DNA of 64,000 bases, taken from positions 4,618,600 through 4,682,599 of the forward strand of contig NC_134036.1 in the NCBI RefSeq assembly GCF_964204645.1, given 5' to 3'. The first letter of the stretch is position 1. Every line of letters begins with the position of its first letter. The notes under the pieces were generated by a model. That model saw only the letters and a list, made by a program, of their open reading frames with translations. It had not been told where the DNA came from and searched no databases. This document shows positions 27,444 to 40,269 of the stretch, one piece after another. Both the position numbers and the translations under genes were made by a program. Source of the DNA: Tubulanus polymorphus. Taxonomy: Eukaryota > Animalia > Nemertea.

Positions 27444-28303
27444 TTATTTCAACCCAAATTCAGGATCAAAAATTTTCAGTTTGTGCTTTTCTTCCGTGAC
27501 TTTATCGATACCATACACAAAACCATTTGAGTCCAAACTTTCGTAAATCTATCACTGTCCGATGCTCTCATTTTACATTTGTACACTTCGGGGCACAAGT
27601 CCTCACGAAGAAACAATTCTTTACCCTTCAAATGTTTTCTGTTAGCATAGATATCGTTTCTAAGTTCCCGATCATTGAATCTGACGATAATCCCATCTGG
27701 GGTATTATCGCTGGACTGTTTGTTTTTCCTGGGTACTCGATGAGCAATCTCAATTGCGATCTTTTTAACCTTTCGCACATATGTATTGAGATTGTTGTTT
27801 ATTTCATCAATAACTAATTTTTTACAGTTTTCATTCGGCTGTTCCTGGATGTTGAAAAAGCGCAAATTATTCCTTCTAGAATACTGATTATTTTCAACAA
27901 TTTTTGTTTTCATTTCTGAAATTTCTCGCTGTAGTTTTTTATTGGCTAGTTCGCCATCACTACACCTCTTTTCCATTGACTTCAGATCCTCTCTTAGTTT
28001 ACGATTCTCTGTTTCAATGTCGCTTATCCTCTGATCATATTTAATCATAAGTTCGTCTTTGAGCTCTTTAATCACGTTTGCTGTAGAAGTTTTAAGTATT
28101 TCGATGCTCGCCAGTATATCTGCCAATGAAATATTTTCTGGATCATCTTCTAATGTTGAAGTTCTCCCTCGTTTTGCTGCTGGTTTAGACTTAGATGACT
28201 TGGTTGGCTTTACAGCATTCTCAGCTGAGCATTCTGGCACAAAAACATCAGAATTTTGGGCAGCATCCTGTGCAGTAAAGTCTTTTATGGATGTTTGACT
28301 CAT
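27444..28303 (-). pseudogene. LINE ORF1 (coiled coil + L1-type RRM/CTD RNA-binding protein), 1-bp frameshift near the C-terminus
   Basis: A heptad-rich segment is followed by NQYSRRNNLRFFNIQE, IEIAHRV, IIVRF and LREDL. Restoring one base at VWTQ gives VWTQNGFVYGIDK...GLK* ending at 27444. Confidence 0.9.
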
Positions 28304-28603
28304 GTTCTAGAGTTATTTTTGCGCTGTTGTGACTATTTGATAGTTTATTTTATGATAATTGATTACTCACTTGACTAATGTCAAAAAAATCAATTCAAAT
28401 TCACAGAAATTCACAGTTCCACTCCTCTAGATAATGAAGTCCATTCTACACCACTTTAGTCACCATGTGTATTGATATATTCCATTTATTGGTAGTCCAA
28501 TGCATTAGATTTACATTCTATATTACTTTAGAATCCATAACAGTATCCTGGGTGTAGATTTTAGTGGTTGAAGTTGCCTGTGATTTTAAGACCAAACAAC
28601 ACA

Positions 28604-28616
28604 GGCGGCCATTTTC
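28604..28616 (-). promoter_or_regulatory. YY1-like site at the LINE 5' end
   Basis: The minus strand reads GAAAATGGCCGCC about 300 bp upstream of ORF1. YY1 sites occur near the start of some LINE internal promoters. Function is inferred only. Confidence 0.35.
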
Positions 28617-28689
28617 GTATCCCAAAAATTGAAGTTAGTTCCAAAGGAATAGTTCCCGTATTAGAGGTTTAATAGTGTTCTGCACTTGC

Positions 28690-28840
28690 CGTTGTACTCA
28701 CCAATGTTTCAACTAAAAACAAACCGAGTGAGCTCGTCGAGTCTGCGGTCAATAAGATACCCTGTAAAGGTTGTAACATGGCGTACATCGGTGAAACGGG
28801 TCATAATCTTACGAAACACATAGTGGATCAGCGAAATCCA
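28690..28840 (+). mobile_element. Penelope-like element GIY-YIG endonuclease fragment
   Basis: The frame from 28742 reads SAVNKIPCKGCNMAYIGETGHNLTKHIVDQRN, matching the PLE VY.IPC..C...YIGETG..L..R signature. Not in the ORF track. Confidence 0.88.
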
Positions 28841-28977
28841 ACTTATCTACCAATCTTATTACTGGTTTTTTGAACGCATAATTAATTATTATCTAAACAC
28901 ATTAAAAGTCTATTAGATTTTGGTTAATGTCACTATGTGTGCTATCTCCACCCACTTCTACTCCACTTAGTCAAGCG

Positions 28978-29303
28978 GGCCGCACACTAGCGTCAAAGCG
29001 GCTGCGACAATTAATCAGCAACATTGACTTTCCCACACAAGCGACAACAACGCAGCTTCAAGTGCTGCATCTGCCGCTATTGTATCTGGAAGCATGTGCA
29101 TTGAAACTGAATCTGGCTTAATCCTGGGGTCTTGCCGCATAATAAGCCGCACACTCAACAGGCGAACTTGTAAATATAAACATGTTTGTTGTCGGCATCT
29201 AAAACCGCAAGCGGCAAAAACGTCAGAAGAAATCAGCCGCACACTTGGCGTTTTTGACGCCGGCGTCGTTGATGCGGTGACTTTGCTGCTAGTGTGTGGG
29301 GCT
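28978..29303. mobile_element. MITE with imperfect ~20-bp TIRs
   Basis: GCCGCACACTAGCGTCAAAG at the left end vs CTTTGCTGCTAGTGTGTGGG (29281-29300) at the right. GC-richer than its flanks. Confidence 0.65.
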
Positions 29304-29460
29304 TTATATAATTTGTATTCACTCTGAACTGTTAGAATCGTGTGCTTTCTACGGTACTTCTGGTTGTTTTCAGTTGATGCTGGTTCTGTGAATCTTAATT
29401 CTGACTTATAGCTTTTGTCTCTGTCCTGTAAGTGTATTTGCTACGTTACTTCTGGTCATT

Positions 29461-29502
29461 CCACCTGATAATGGCTCTTAGTCAACAGCCGAAACGTTGT
29501 TG
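29461..29502 (+). ncRNA. Hammerhead ribozyme motif, mutated copy (core CUGAUAA)
   Basis: CCAC CTGATAA T GGCTCTT AGTC AACAGCC GAAACGTT GTTG. It is a paralogue of 37116, with the catalytic G8 changed to A and stem mismatches. Confidence 0.7.
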
Positions 29503-32327
29503 TCTAAGTTCAACAAATAATATCAGTTATATTTCGAATTGTGGGACTTCTTCGATTAATTCGGAATATAATGCACTGTAAGGTTCTGCCACCACGCGAC
29601 GGGATTTACATTTCAGCACATAAACTATGACGAGAGCCGGGGGAAATGGTAAATAAATGAAAACACTTTTTGATATTTTCAATATCTATGCTTAGTCTTT
29701 TCCAAAATTAGGGGCCTCGAACTTTTAACAGACGTTTCCTTTGACTCTAATGTTGTAACAAGAGGACTTTAGATTCCTGAAGTTTCGACGAAGCAAGTCT
29801 TATTGAAAATAGGTGAATAGAAAGGCAAACTATGAAAAAATGAATTTCTAGGAAATACAGTGATACATTCCATCGATATATCAATAGTACATTGCATTTA
29901 GTCAAGGTTGATAATTCCATTTGAGAAGTCATTTTATATACTGGTCATATACAGTCAATTAAACAGTCAACTAAGAAATAACCACTGGAAAAACCGTTAA
30001 AGGATTTATTACATGAATCGAATGTAGCCACGTGACACGATTGATAAACGTTATCGGATATTTCCACAACCGCTACAAGTATATCCAAATATAAAGCCAA
30101 TTATCACCAACGATTAGGAACAAGTAAGTCCACTACAATTGGTGCTGCAACATTCGTCATTATGGAAACACAACAACCCATTGTTGGTGCATTCTATAAT
30201 AAAAGAGCATGGAATTGAAACCTTAATTTGGAAAAACAACACTGTTTCAACTTAAAGCAAAATTTGAAAGCCTAGAAACAACACCGCACGTCAATCGATT
30301 TTGGCCTGAATAAAGAATGCGATATCATCTCCGATTCGCTATTCACCAAATTAATTCGATCAATCCATAAACAAAACTTAGAGTTGACTATCATGTATAT
30401 TATTCATACAATCTTCGTGCTTATTTTCGTACTATATTCCCAGTCGATACTCACTTGCATCTCCAAGTGATGCAGCACTGACCACAATCACAACAGCAGC
30501 ACAGGCGCGTGTCATCAAATAAGCGAGCATTTTCATTGCCTAGAATGAAATTATATGAAATGATGATATGATTTATTTTCTCCACAAAAAATATTTTTTC
30601 TAATTAACAATATATATCAAATAGTTGATTTACAATATGGAGAGGGACACCGAGCAAGCTTTAAATCTGTACACAGCTGCAAGTGCTGAGCCGAGGTGCC
30701 CCGGTGCAATGAAAAGTGCAAGGATGAATAAGGTGTTAATAATAATAATAATAATAATGACAACGAAGATAATAAATAATAATAATAGCCTATAATAAAT
30801 AAATAAGTAAACAATGAATAAAAAAGACTATGTGATATAATACTATAATGATAATAATGATAATTGTTAATATTATAATAATAGTTATAATTATGATGAT
30901 ATGTATATATCTCTGAAATACTTGATTATTGAATTGGGCAATCAGTGAGTTAATACTAGAAGCTTTATGTAGACAATTTATAGTGTTTTGCCAAATGATG
31001 GGTACCTGAGCTAAAAATGAATCGTGAAAAATCTTTGAGGTATGATTTTGAACTCTAGTAAAATTTCGGTTTCTAGTATTGTAGCGATGAAAAAAAATTA
31101 TCCGTTATTATTTCTTCCCGTGGCTCTTTGTCAGATGTACGGTTTGAAATACGCCACTTCTAAGCAAAAAAAAAACAAATCTGGTTAATGGTGTAGTGCT
31201 TAGCAGCGGTAACGGGTTTTCTTCATTGCTGGTTTGAATACCGTTCTATGCAGAACTTCGTAGAAATTAGCCTCATCAGTTTTAGACAGTAAGAATGAAA
31301 GTTATGATCAATATTAGCGATTATCGTTTGTTACATTGAAACAATTCGATCGACTGGCATACGCTGTAGATTTGTCACGTGAATGTCCCTGGCAGAATGT
31401 TTCTGGTGCGGCCACTCGCTTGCGTTTAGAACACGCGAGTCGTTTCATCGAAATTTGTTCTTTTCAGTTGTGAGAAAATTGACAGTTATGCGTTTTACGT
31501 AGCTATGATCAAAATCGGCATGGACTTGAATTGAGAAATGGTCACACGTCTTTAAACGATCAATACCAATTCAACCGGCTTCGTATGATATCTACTTACG
31601 GTTTTGCCTACGTGATGAAGTTCGGCACTATGTAGACGATTCGCTCATAAATTTCAAGCTTCAGATATTCAACCAACACATTCCAATTTATACAAAGCTC
31701 TCAGCTCGTCGGGTGTTAATTTCAGTACTCGAATCAAGAGAGGAAACGGGTGAAATATTAAACTATTTCATTGATTGAAAATTCAGCACCCGATAAAATG
31801 TAGTTAACTTATGACTGCATTGAGCCGAGCAAAATGAATACCACAAAACTATGGAACAGAACAGGATTTTGAGTCAAAGTAAAGCCACATAATTTCCAAT
31901 GTGGAGATGGATCCGGAGTTAAATAACACCCACGTGACTCTGCAACTGCATTTCGATTCGTTTTAAACCCACACAACCGTTGAACTGGATCCAGAGGCAA
32001 ATCAAATCCGTTCATTTGTGGATTTTGGTCCGTGGTCGAATTAGGTTCGAATCGAACGTTAAATTTAATGTCGGAACCTTATTCACTGGACGCCAAAATT
32101 ATCATCGGACCGTTAGAAATCGTCACTTTAATCGGCATGAATGCCATTTCTTAGTATTCCATAGAACAATGAGTTTCTCACTGCATTTAGTTCGGGTACA
32201 TTTTCGGTCTACATAGTCTTCGTTTATCACGATTGATGAAACGCTATATCCGTGTTGAAGCGATGCAGAGAGAATCCCCCAATAATTACGAAAAAACAGT
32301 CCGAACATGTTTCTGAGGCTAGTAGTT

Positions 32328-32370
32328 TATTTAACGTTTCGACTATATCCTAATAGTCATTTCAGGAATA
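32328..32370 (-). ncRNA. Hammerhead ribozyme motif, second family, 1-nt core deletion
   Basis: Minus strand reads TATTC CTGAAA T GACTAT TAGGAT ATAGTC GAAACGTT AAATA. Same family as 47573-47616. Confidence 0.65.
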
Positions 32371-33448
32371 ATTTCTTCATTTATCATACCTTCATTTATC
32401 CGTAGAGACTCTAGTGTTTCCTGAACTTCCTTATGTAACTATCAGGAATTTTGCAAGTGAAAATAGCTGCACATGTAGACGTTGATTACAGGGGGAAAGC
32501 TCACGTGGAGTAACGACATAACGGGCGAGAAAATATCAAGAATATATTGCAACAAAATATCAATGGGTTTTTAGAATTGTCAATTGGAGCAGCTCATTAT
32601 TATGCAAGGCGAGAGAGTTCGTAGACGTTAATAGACTAACGAACTCAAAAACGCGCCGCCAGAATTCGCTTTCAGTTGAAGGTAGAAAATCAAAAAGGGG
32701 TCAAATTCATCGACGAATTATCCCTAAACATCGTCTGAACAGCGCAGACAAAGTAAGTACAAAGAAAACGTTTCATCACCGGGATTTATCGAAATAAATT
32801 CGGTTTTGCAATTTTCGATTATATCTCTCCGTCGAATCCTATTTCGAAATAGAACGTATGTATTGCATAGTTTAATTTCATCACCTGTCGCCACTTTAGA
32901 TCCCGGGTACTGACGTTTCTGTTCGATGAGCGATCATCGAGAATATTGATGAACAGATGAGTGTTTCCTATCGAGACTTGCTGATAATCACGAGCAGCTG
33001 TAATGCGTGTAAAGCCGATCTTTAGATAAGGAGAAATGCATTCAATTTTGCAGCGAAATTCAATACAGGCTGACAGTTATATGTTATCCACACGCTTGGA
33101 AAGGCGAAATATTTTATTCAGAATGAATATCCTATCTAACTAGTAATGTTTGATATTACATGTATGGGATGTTGCTGCATTAAATATTGCATACATAAGA
33201 TGTCTAATATTATGTGAGGTCCTGAGAGTATATATTGCCTACTGACGTCATTTTCCGATTATGCTGTTTGAATCGTGTGTTACCGATCGTGGGTCGATAC
33301 GATCGTACCCCGCGGCAGAAGAGGAAATAGCACGTGCTAAATGTGATATGGCCGATCTTGGAGACGAATACCATTTTTGGTTAATTAATCGTCCCCTTCT
33401 TCAATGAACTGCGCGCAGATACCTTTAAGTCTATTAAAGGTTCCCGCT

Positions 33449-33849
33449 CATGATGCAACGCGCGCCCATCGTTTAACTTTACTATACAGAAAGGCTGGAA
33501 ACGATCCTATATCCGCAATGCTTAAATCTACCCGCAATTATCGGGACAACCGAACACTGCCGAGAATTGCCGAAGTACGTCCCAAGGTGTCAATTTTAAT
33601 CCTGAAATATAAGGAGCGCCCATAATTTTAATTGTAGATGATTTTTTTGGAAACATTGACACTGTTTTAGCTCCGTTCATCATTTTAACTGGCAACAAAA
33701 TTTATTTCGGAAAATCCGCCATGCCTCTTCGGCATTTCTGTGACGTCAGTTGTCCAGCTATTGCGGGTAGATTTAAGCATTGCGGAGATAGGAGCGTTTC
33801 CAGCCTTTCTGTATAGTATAGTTAGACGAGGGGTGCGCATTGGATCATG
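33449..33849. mobile_element. MITE with ~90-bp TIRs
   Basis: 33449-33538 (…ACTATACAGAAAGGCTGGAAACG…CCGCAATGCTTAAATCTACCCGCAA) is inverted at 33761-33849. Confidence 0.85.
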
Positions 33850-34628
33850 GGTAAAACAGTTGCATCATGGATTATTAAGATTGCAACCCCGGTGGTGTTT
33901 TTATCGTAACTTACGGTAAATGTTATTATTTTTCTACCGCACCAACAAGGTCAAAGCACACGTTCAAGTGCCTGTGAATATCTTTTGTCGTATCGTAACG
34001 TATCGTTTTTGCAACCACGAAGGAAGTTTATTGACACACACAAAAACTACTCCGAATATTGAAAGTTTTTTTTTCCTTTTTCGTAATATTTTTACCAAAC
34101 AATAACCGTTGATTGTAGTGGACAATTCGAATGAAAAGTTCGATTTTCATAATAAAGTAAGATGTTTCAAATTAGATATAGAATCGACTGGTAGGGTAAC
34201 ACTGTTGCCATTCGCCCCGATCCTTTCGTGGGCGCAAAAATACTAACTTTTAGCGAACAAAAACGAAACATTTTGTTTTTACGCGTTGAAATTTTGTTTT
34301 TGCGCGGTTTTATTTGTTATTGTGCGGTTAGATTTGTTTTTGCGCGTTTTCTTGAAAGATGAATAAAAATGTTGACACGTTCCCCAAGCGCCAGGGAATA
34401 CGAATGAGAAAAATATAGCTGTGAAGCAGCGATATAGGGTTTTTTCTGCAAAGCCGCACCATGCTATTCAGAATAAAGGGAATTACAGAACGCATCGACA
34501 GAACGGAACTTATTGTGCCACCACTGCAACGTGCAATGTGATTTTAGCTTTGAAACCGAACTTCTCCGTGACGTACAATGAGTAAATACAGATTTATTTG
34601 ACATGGCATGTATTTTGTCATTTGAGCT

Positions 34629-35325
34629 ATGTTTTATCATCACCACGCCTTTCAAGACGTCGATCTGTTTTATCTAGAACGACCACCGAGACGGGAGGAT
34701 TTAAACCTCATCCACGGTGTAAATACATCCATTAAAAGTATATTCTATTTGAGATGTTTGGCTGGTGCGCAAGAATTTATTTGCGTCGTAAATCGTATCC
34801 TATTTCACCATCGACTCTACAGTCACACGCTGTTACTGGACATGACTGCTGAAATAAACCACGTTATGAAGCGCGTGTATTCATACACTCAAAAGATTCA
34901 ACTTATAGGTTTTCGAGTATCAGTGATCTGATAACGTTGTTAATAGCTATAGGCAGATATATCGTTGTTCGTTGGCCCCTGAAAGCTGTCAGAATTATAA
35001 GCGTGAAGGAGGGTTATATCAATATCACTCCCTTTTGTCTTTGCAACCAGTCTAGGAATTTATTCACGTATTGTTCTCATCGTTTCGTAAACATCCGACT
35101 CGAAAGGTGGACTCAAAAGTTGAATTCATTTGCCAAAAGATATATTTACTACGAGGTTTCTTTTCGTGCTTTCTTTTTTGCTATAATCCCGACTGTTATA
35201 GTGGTTCTGATAACTATCCGATTGACTTTCACTTTGAGATGCGCAGGGGAAGCGAGAAAAACTATGTCTACAAATAGTCAAACCTCTAGCTGTGGCAGCA
35301 GTGAACGTAGTTGAATACTGACTGT
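34629..35325 (+). pseudogene. GPCR pseudogene, third copy (TM1 deleted, frameshift, truncated after TM5)
   Basis: SIFYLRCLA, HRLYSHTLLLDMTAEINH, LIAIGRYIVV (DRY changed to GRY) and IPTVIVVLITIRL are near-identical to the 8342 copy. ORFs 34629 and 34937 are in different frames. Confidence 0.92.
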
Positions 35326-35733
35326 GATTATTCGGCACCTTCCCTGCATCTTATATGATTAACAGCTGTAGATTAAGAATATATGGATATTTAATGTTAA
35401 GATACAGTTTAAATTATAATGAAATATTAATTTGTCTTTCCGTGAGGGCATTTTCATTTTTTGTTTGCAGTTGGGGAAAATTATGGCCACTGGCTACGTA
35501 GAAATGGTTGTCATGGCAACCAAATCAACAATGAAAAAAATGGCACCAAAACTTTTCTGTAACTACAAGTTCCATAGATCCAGAAAATGTTTAGTGCCAA
35601 GCTCTGACATTAAATTTTCACTCGAGACATATGCTCCTTGACTAACAACTCGAAATTCATACAAATGAGTATTTTTTCAAACGTTCCATCGTGGGGGCTG
35701 AAATAATTGAATCGAAGTCTTGGATTTTGCTTT

Positions 35734-35911
35734 AAGGCGGACGTAGGTCGGCCTTGCGATGGCTTGCGACTCACTGCGACGTGACTCACTGCGACCGGGA
35801 GCAACTAGTCGCACACAGTCGCTGACAATCGCGTCGTAACCGACTTGCGCCCCCACTTGTGACGCAACGCGACGATCGCGTCGTGTCGCAAGGTCGACCT
35901 ACGCCCGACTT
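35734..35911. mobile_element. MITE with 26-bp TIRs
   Basis: AAGGCGGACGTAGGTCGGCCTTGCGA vs TCGCAAGGTCGACCTACGCCCGACTT (3 mismatches). The interior is rich in TGCGAC/GTCGCA. Confidence 0.85.
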
Positions 35912-37115
35912 TGTATCCATTTCTATAATTAAAGATCATGAAATTGAAAGGGGCATTTTGTAATGAAACACATTTTCCTCTATCATTAAAGAAATATTTA
36001 GTGCATACACCGTTTGCGTTGTACTGTCCATTTGTTTGTCCGTCCATTTGTTTGTCATGTTTTTCAAAATTATTTTTCTAGGGTGTTATATCCTACAAGC
36101 ACTGCATCTTTATAACTTCCCTACTGATAATTGTAGTAAACAATATGATTATTCTTTATTTGAATTTTTTATCCATGTTTATCATATATATTGTACTACA
36201 ATTCACAGGAAATAAGTAATAATAATGATAATACTATTCGAATCTTACCCTTCGTGACAGCTATGATGGATGCCTCTCGGTCATATGGACCGTTCATACA
36301 AATAAGTTTTCAAAGAAGGTCAAGTAATACTCGTAAATGAGAACAAATATTGCACGTCAATTTAATTTATTTTTGTCTGGATATGAATATGTAATGCTAT
36401 TTCTGATTTACTATTCATAGATTCAATTTGTTCAATCGTTTGACAACAACGAAATGTTTACTGATAATTGTGACTTGAGTATATATTATCACTGAAATAA
36501 CCTATATGAAATTGTGTATCATATTCCCAGTTGTAACTCACGAGCACTTGGTAGTCATGTGACTCTGTGACGGAGTGTTGTTTCCCTGGCCCCGAATATG
36601 TAAAAAAGACACACGTAAACAAGTTTCTGTCTCTTGTTTCCCGTGTGTGCGCGGCTTTACATGTTATATGTATCATCATTGATAGTTCATGCTTTATTTG
36701 TCTTTAGAATTAGAGACTGTTTAATTTGTAATATGCCCCCATTATCCCGTCGAAAGTATCTGATCGAAATCGGATCCTCATTTCAGTTGTGAGAAAACTT
36801 TGGTTATGAATTTAAAGAAGCTTTCATTAAAGTGGCCATCGGTCGAAATGCAGAATTACTTAGAATATACTACAATACTAGAGGGTATGATAAGTGAAAC
36901 GTCACTCAACACCCTTCGCCCATTTGTTATTAGACTACATATGCTATCTTGGGAATTTGCATTCATTCTGAACTGTTTAATTGAATGGTGTGGTTTCTAC
37001 AGTACTCCTGGTTATTTTCAGTTGTTGCCGGTTCTATTTATCTTAATTCTTACTGATAGCTTTTGTCTATGTCCTGTACGTTTATTTGCTATGTTACTTC
37101 TGTTTTCTATTCATT

Positions 37116-37157
37116 CCACCTGATGATGGCTGTTAGTCAACAGCCGAAACGTTGTGG
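37116..37157 (+). ncRNA. Minimal type I hammerhead ribozyme of Penelope-like terminal repeat, intact core
   Basis: Stem I CCAC/GTGG; core CTGATGA; extra T; stem II GGCTGTT/AACAGCC with loop AGTC; GAAA plus palindromic AACGTT in place of stem III; AATAAA at 37167-37172. Confidence 0.82.
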
Positions 37158-40096
37158 TCTCGGTTCAATAAATGACATCATTTAAATTTCGAATTGCGGG
37201 ATTTCTTCGAATATAATCCTTCGAATATAATACTTCTTGGGAATATAATGCACTGCAAGGTTCTGCCACCACGCGGCGGGATTTACATTTCAGCACATAA
37301 ACTATGACGAGAGCCAGGGGAAAAATGGTTGCTCGCCGTAAATAAATGAAAACAGTTTTTGATATTTTCAATAACTATACTTAATCTTTTCAAAAATTAG
37401 GGGCCTCGAACTTTCACCAGACGTTTCCTTTGACTCTAATATTGTAACAAGAGGACTTTAGAATCCTGAGGTTCGACGAAGCAAGTCTTATTGAAAATAG
37501 GTGCACAGATAGGCAAACTATGAAAAAAATGAATTTCTAGGAAATACAGTGATACATCTCATCGATATATCATTAGCACATCGCATTTAGTCAAGGTTAA
37601 TAATTCCATTTGAGAAGTCACTTTATATACTGATCATATACAGTCAATAAAACAGTCAACTAAGAAATAACCACTGGAAAAACCGTTAAAGGATTTATTT
37701 CATGAATCGAATGTAGCCACGTGACACGATCGATAAACGTTATCGGATATTTCCACAACCAGTAGAAGTATATCCAACTATAAACCAAATTATCACCAAC
37801 GATTAAGAACAGAAAAGTTTACAATTGTTGCTGCAGCATTCATAATAATAGGTACACAGCGATCCCTTACCGCCGCAATCTATAATGAAAAAGCATGGAA
37901 TTGAAACCTTAATTTGGAATTAAACATCGTTTCAACTTATAGCAAAGCAAAATTTGAACCCCTAGAAACAACACCGCACGTCAATTTAATTGATTTTGGG
38001 CTGAATAAGAGAATACATATCATCTGCGATTCGCTATTCAGCTAGTTAATTCGATCAATCCATAAACAAAACTCTATGTTGACTACCATCTTCATCATTC
38101 ATACAATCTTCTGAATTTATCGTATTATATTCCCAGTCGTAACACACCTCTAGGTGATTCAGCTCCAATTGATGCGGCACTGACCACAATCACAACAGCA
38201 GCAGCACAGGCGCGTGTCATCAAATAAGCGAGCATTTTCATTGCCTAGAATGAAATGATATGATATGATGATATGATTTAAATTATGTTTTTATTTTTTT
38301 AATTAACAATATTCATCGAATAGTTGATTTATAATATGGAGAGGGACACCAAGCAAGCTTTAAATCTGTACACAGCTGCAAGTGCTGAGCTGAGGTACCC
38401 TTGTGCAATGAAACGTGCAAGGATGAATAAGATGTTAAAGATAATGATAATGATAATGACAATGACAATAACAAATAACGAAGCTAATACATAATATTAA
38501 TAGTCTATAATAAATAAATCAGTAAAATGAATACAAAAATACTTAATGATATAATACTATAATGATAATAATGATAATTGTTAATATTATTATCATAGTT
38601 ATGATGATGATAAGTTTAAATATCTTAATATATATTTATATATATAATAAATGCTTGATTTTTGAATTGGACAATCAGTGAGTTAATGCTATAAACTTTA
38701 CGTAGACAATTTCTTGAGCTAAAAATGAATCATGAAAAATTTTTGAGGTATGGTTTTGAACTCTAGTAACATTTCCGTTTCTATGTTGCGATGAAAATGA
38801 AATCATCTTATGGTAAGTCCAAAATTATGTTTATGCAACAGTTTTCTTCCCATGGCTCTCAGTGATTAAATCTTTTGTCAGATGTACGGTTTTAGATATG
38901 CTACTTCTAAGCAGAAAAAAACAAATCTGGTTAATGGTGTAGTGCTAAGCAGCGATAGTTGGTTTTCTGCATTGCTGGTTTGAATACCGTTCTATGAAGA
39001 GCTTCGTAGAAACTAGTCTCATCAGTTTTTCATTGTGAGAATGAAAGCAATGATCAATATTAGCGATTATCGTTACATTGGAACAATTTTAAGTCGATAG
39101 AATGACATACGTTGTAGATTTGTCACGTGAATGTCTATGTCAGAATCTTTCTGGTGTGGCCACTTGCTTGCGTTTAGAACACGCGAGTCGTTTCATCGAA
39201 ATTTCTTCCTCTCGGTTTTGAGAAAAGTAACAGTTATGAATTTTACGTAGCTTGGATCAAAATCGGCATCGACTCGAATTGAGAAATGGTCACACGTATT
39301 TGATCAATGCCAACTCAACCGGCTACGAATGATATCTACTTACGGTTTTGCCTGCGTGATGAAGGTTGGCACAATGTAGAAGATTCGCTCATAAATTGTA
39401 AGCTTTAGATATTCAACCAACACTTTCCTATTTATTCGAATCTCTCGGCTCGTCGGGTGTCAATTTCAGTACTCGAGTCAAGAGAGGGAACGTGTGAAAT
39501 ATGAAACTATTTCGTCTGGTATATTTTTACTGAATATTCAGGACCCGATAACATGTAGTTATTTAATGAACGTATTGGGCCGTGTAAAACGAATCCCACA
39601 AAACTATGGACCAGGATGTCGAGTCAAAATAAAGCCACATAATCAAATACAAGCCACATTATTGTGGAAATTGGTCCAGAGTCAAATTAACGCACACGAC
39701 TGCAGAACTGAGCTGGAGATAATTTGTTCTGTTGAGATTCATCTGGATTCATGTGAAACCAACATGATTCTGGAACTGGTTCTCGATTTGTTTTAAACCC
39801 AGCGAAAAATCGAATCATTCCGTTCATTTGTAGACTTTGGTCCATGGTCAAATTAGGCACGAATCGAAATTTTAACTAAATGTTGAAACCTAATTCACTG
39901 AACGCCAAAATGAACATCGGACCGTTCGAAATATCACTTTAAATGGCATAAATGTACTTTTCTTCTCAGTATCGTGTAAACCAAAGAGGTTCTCACAGGA
40001 TTAAGTGATACTTGGTTCGGAGATATTTTTCCGGTTTCACAAGTTACATAAGACCACAGTCTCACTTGGACTTTCCTGAACTTACTTATTTAACTA

Positions 40097-40269
40097 CAGT
40101 CAACTCCCGGTTAACGCCTACATCGGTGCAGAACATTTAGGCGGCATAGAGAGTATGACGGTATATCGGGGGTCCTAAACTATGTATTTGTATTGAGATG
40201 TACATGGGGAAAACCTTACGGTGGCGGGCGTGGCGGCATATGGGAAGGCGGTATATCGGAGGTTGACTG
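40097..40269. mobile_element. Tc1/mariner-pogo type MITE with TA target duplication
   Basis: TA|CAGTCAACTCCCG ... CGGAGGTTGACTG|TA. The paralogous site near 32436-32446 is empty (TAACTATCAGG). Confidence 0.92.

Larger units (their letters stand above)
29310..33418 (+). repeat. Segmental duplication, copy C (paralogue of ~36955-41106)
   Basis: Collinear from the PLE tail to GGAGACGAATACC...CTGCGCGCAG. More diverged than the A/B pair. Confidence 0.92.

Noticed and set aside
27527-28298. Plus-strand ORFs opposite LINE ORF1
   Set aside because: They are antisense shadows of the ORF1 coding frame with no independent evidence.
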